DNA of 64,000 nucleotides from a bacterium (GTDB lineage Bacteria; Bdellovibrionota_C; UBA2361; RFPC01): NCBI GenBank assembly GCA_030431715.1, contig JAUIIO010000007.1, positions 33,756 to 97,755 of the forward strand, read 5' to 3'. Shown piece by piece: positions 62,525 to 64,000 of this stretch (position 1 is its first letter; each line of letters starts with the position of its first letter). The notes under the pieces were generated by a model. It saw only the letters and a program-made list of their open reading frames with translations, ran no database searches and was not told where the DNA came from. The position numbers and the translations under genes were made by a program.

Positions 62525-63526
62525 TTAGGACTCATCATCGGATATGAGTTCATCTAGGTCGTCCTCTACTTCGTCAGGAAAGCAGTCCGCCATGTAGTCG
62601 CTACGTTTTGCCTCTAGCCATCCAGAGATTCGCCCGTTTTCTCGAACGGTATTTGCCGATGCCTCGAGCACTCTGAGATCGTCGGTGAGGGGGTAGTATT
62701 CTCCCTTATGAGTCATGTCAGGAGATTTTCCGGTCTCAAGAAGGTTGTCGAGCCATACACGGGTAAGCTTAGCGCGGTATACGTCAGGGCTCTCGGCAGC
62801 TTCGGCATCCTCAAGTGTTTTAGCTGAGAGACCAAGAACAACGGCATCAAATATTTTTGCTCCAGCGGACATGCTCTGGAGTAGCAGTGCCGTAATTTGC
62901 AGGTGATTGCATCCCCATCTTTCTTGCTCGAGTTCCAGATTATATCTTTCATTATTAATTTTAAGTCTGGTTTTCTGTTTCTTATAGCCCTGCTTATCTA
63001 TTCCGAGGAACATGGCCATTCCAAGAAATGGAAAGCCAGTAACAAGCAGGGCCATTTTAAGGCCTATGCCTGGAATAGCAGTGCCGATTAATCCGCCGAG
63101 CTCGAGATCACGAATAAGTGCAGCCGAGTGATCAGCGAAAAGTTCGGGGTCACAGCCCTTTCTAATGCGACGGTAAAGGTAAAGCATGCTCACTAATGAG
63201 TGAAGTTCGCCTGCGCTGAAGATCTCAGCCATTGCTATCCGTGACTTGAAGACTTTTCCTTCTGTGTCTCGGGGGCGGTACGTGAGTGCGGCTTTATGGA
63301 GCGCTGCGGTAAATGATGGGCTATTCAGGAGTACTTTGAGTGTCTGCTTCGAATGCGTTCCCAGTGTGCCGTTGTTGTCGCGAGCATCTACACGGAGGAA
63401 GTGGAGAGCATTACTAAAAAGGCTTGGGACCTCTCCAATGAGATTAGCAATTTTTATAGCCTCATCCCATGATTCAGGGGTACCTAGCTCGATAAACTGT
63501 TCTGGGCTTTCTTCTTCAGTAGTCAT
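62525..63526 (-). CDS. hypothetical protein, possibly HDOD-like
   Basis: 333 aa. ELEQERWGCNHLQITALLLQSM loosely resembles the HDOD core; weak call. Confidence 0.5.
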   Translation of the reverse strand: MTTEEESPEQFIELGTPESWDEAIKIANLIGEVPSLFSNALHFLRVDARDNNGTLGTHSKQTLKVLLNSPSFTAALHKAALTYRPRDTEGKVFKSRIAMAEIFSAGELHSLVSMLYLYRRIRKGCDPELFADHSAALIRDLELGGLIGTAIPGIGLKMALLVTGFPFLGMAMFLGIDKQGYKKQKTRLKINNERYNLELEQERWGCNHLQITALLLQSMSAGAKIFDAVVLGLSAKTLEDAEAAESPDVYRAKLTRVWLDNLLETGKSPDMTHKGEYYPLTDDLRVLEASANTVRENGRISGWLEAKRSDYMADCFPDEVEDDLDELISDDES

Positions 63527-63688
63527 AACGTATCGGATATCTTACCGTATGTCATCTCATGTCACCATATGGCAACCGCTGAAATATGTATCGAATCATA
63601 CTCCAAGTGCATTGAAAAGGAGTACATTGGATATCGTTCCTTTTTCAAATAGCACGGGGTCTGAAATTCTGCTAAAAAGCTATAAGCG

Positions 63689-64000
63689 ATGAATGATAAC
63701 ATTATAAAACGCATAGATGAGGCTGTAAGTATACCGGATCTTTTTTTTCAGACGGTGGCATCAGATCCAGAGGGAATAGTCGCGTATCAACCCCTTCCAT
63801 CAGCTGGCGAGGCTCCATCATCATTCGTATCTTCTACCAATATTACTGTAGCCCAGAGAGTACGCCTTTTAGCAGATCACCTAGTAAGGGCCGGCCTGAA
63901 AAAAGGTGATCGAGTTGCTATACTATCTCTTTCACGCCCCGAATGGATGGAGGCAGATCTTGCAATTCTCTGTGCCGGAGGAGTTTCAGTTGGAATCTAC
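63689..64000 (+). CDS. AMP-dependent synthetase/ligase (long-chain acyl-CoA synthetase-like), 5' partial at window end
   Basis: Open frame from ATG 63689 to the window edge. LKKGDRVAILSLSRPEWMEADLAILCAGGVSVGIY is a typical FadD-like N-terminal region. Confidence 0.75.
   Translation, partial: MNDNIIKRIDEAVSIPDLFFQTVASDPEGIVAYQPLPSAGEAPSSFVSSTNITVAQRVRLLADHLVRAGLKKGDRVAILSLSRPEWMEADLAILCAGGVSVGIY

Overview
64-kb chromosomal window with about 60 protein-coding genes on both strands. By eye I found no rRNA, tRNA, CRISPR array, transposase or integrase. All domain calls come from motif recognition; no HMM or BLAST search and no GC or codon statistics were computed. The content mixes clear housekeeping genes with a large secreted, surface or orphan fraction. 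Housekeeping: pirin, cardiolipin synthase operon, eukaryote-type UGPase plus rmlA, ettA, tlyA, pdxH, CDF transporter, yaaA, mltG, ECF sigma/anti-sigma pair, rph, nitroreductase and a partial acyl-CoA ligase. Secreted or orphan: an S1 protease, a 1037-aa metzincin-like protein, dockerin-like and Cys-rich-repeat proteins, and unrecognisable genes at 0.2-12 kb. Main hunt results: (1) A Tad-like pseudopilin trio (TadE, TadE with Cys-rich repeats, TadG with vWA) is followed directly by a PilB/GspE-class ATPase with a fused C-terminal receiver domain. No TadA/B/C, secretin or prepilin peptidase lies in the window. A catalytically degenerate GspE-REC paralog sits 11 kb away, and an orphan Flp-type pilin with the same G/xxLVE processing motif sits 27 kb away. 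(2) A flagellin has a variable region made of seven FG-GAP-type repeats, enough for a closed propeller, and its reading frame is broken once. (3) A family of about 130-140-bp intergenic inverted-repeat elements has arms of three 9-bp-periodic CGCGGAG-type heptads around unrelated cores. They sit tight against stop codons, and one variant copy carries fully compensatory CG->CA/TG changes. (4) A nested palindromic element lies between rmlA and ettA. The lineage guess (predatory or deltaproteobacteria-like, e.g. Bdellovibrionota/Myxococcota) is inference only.
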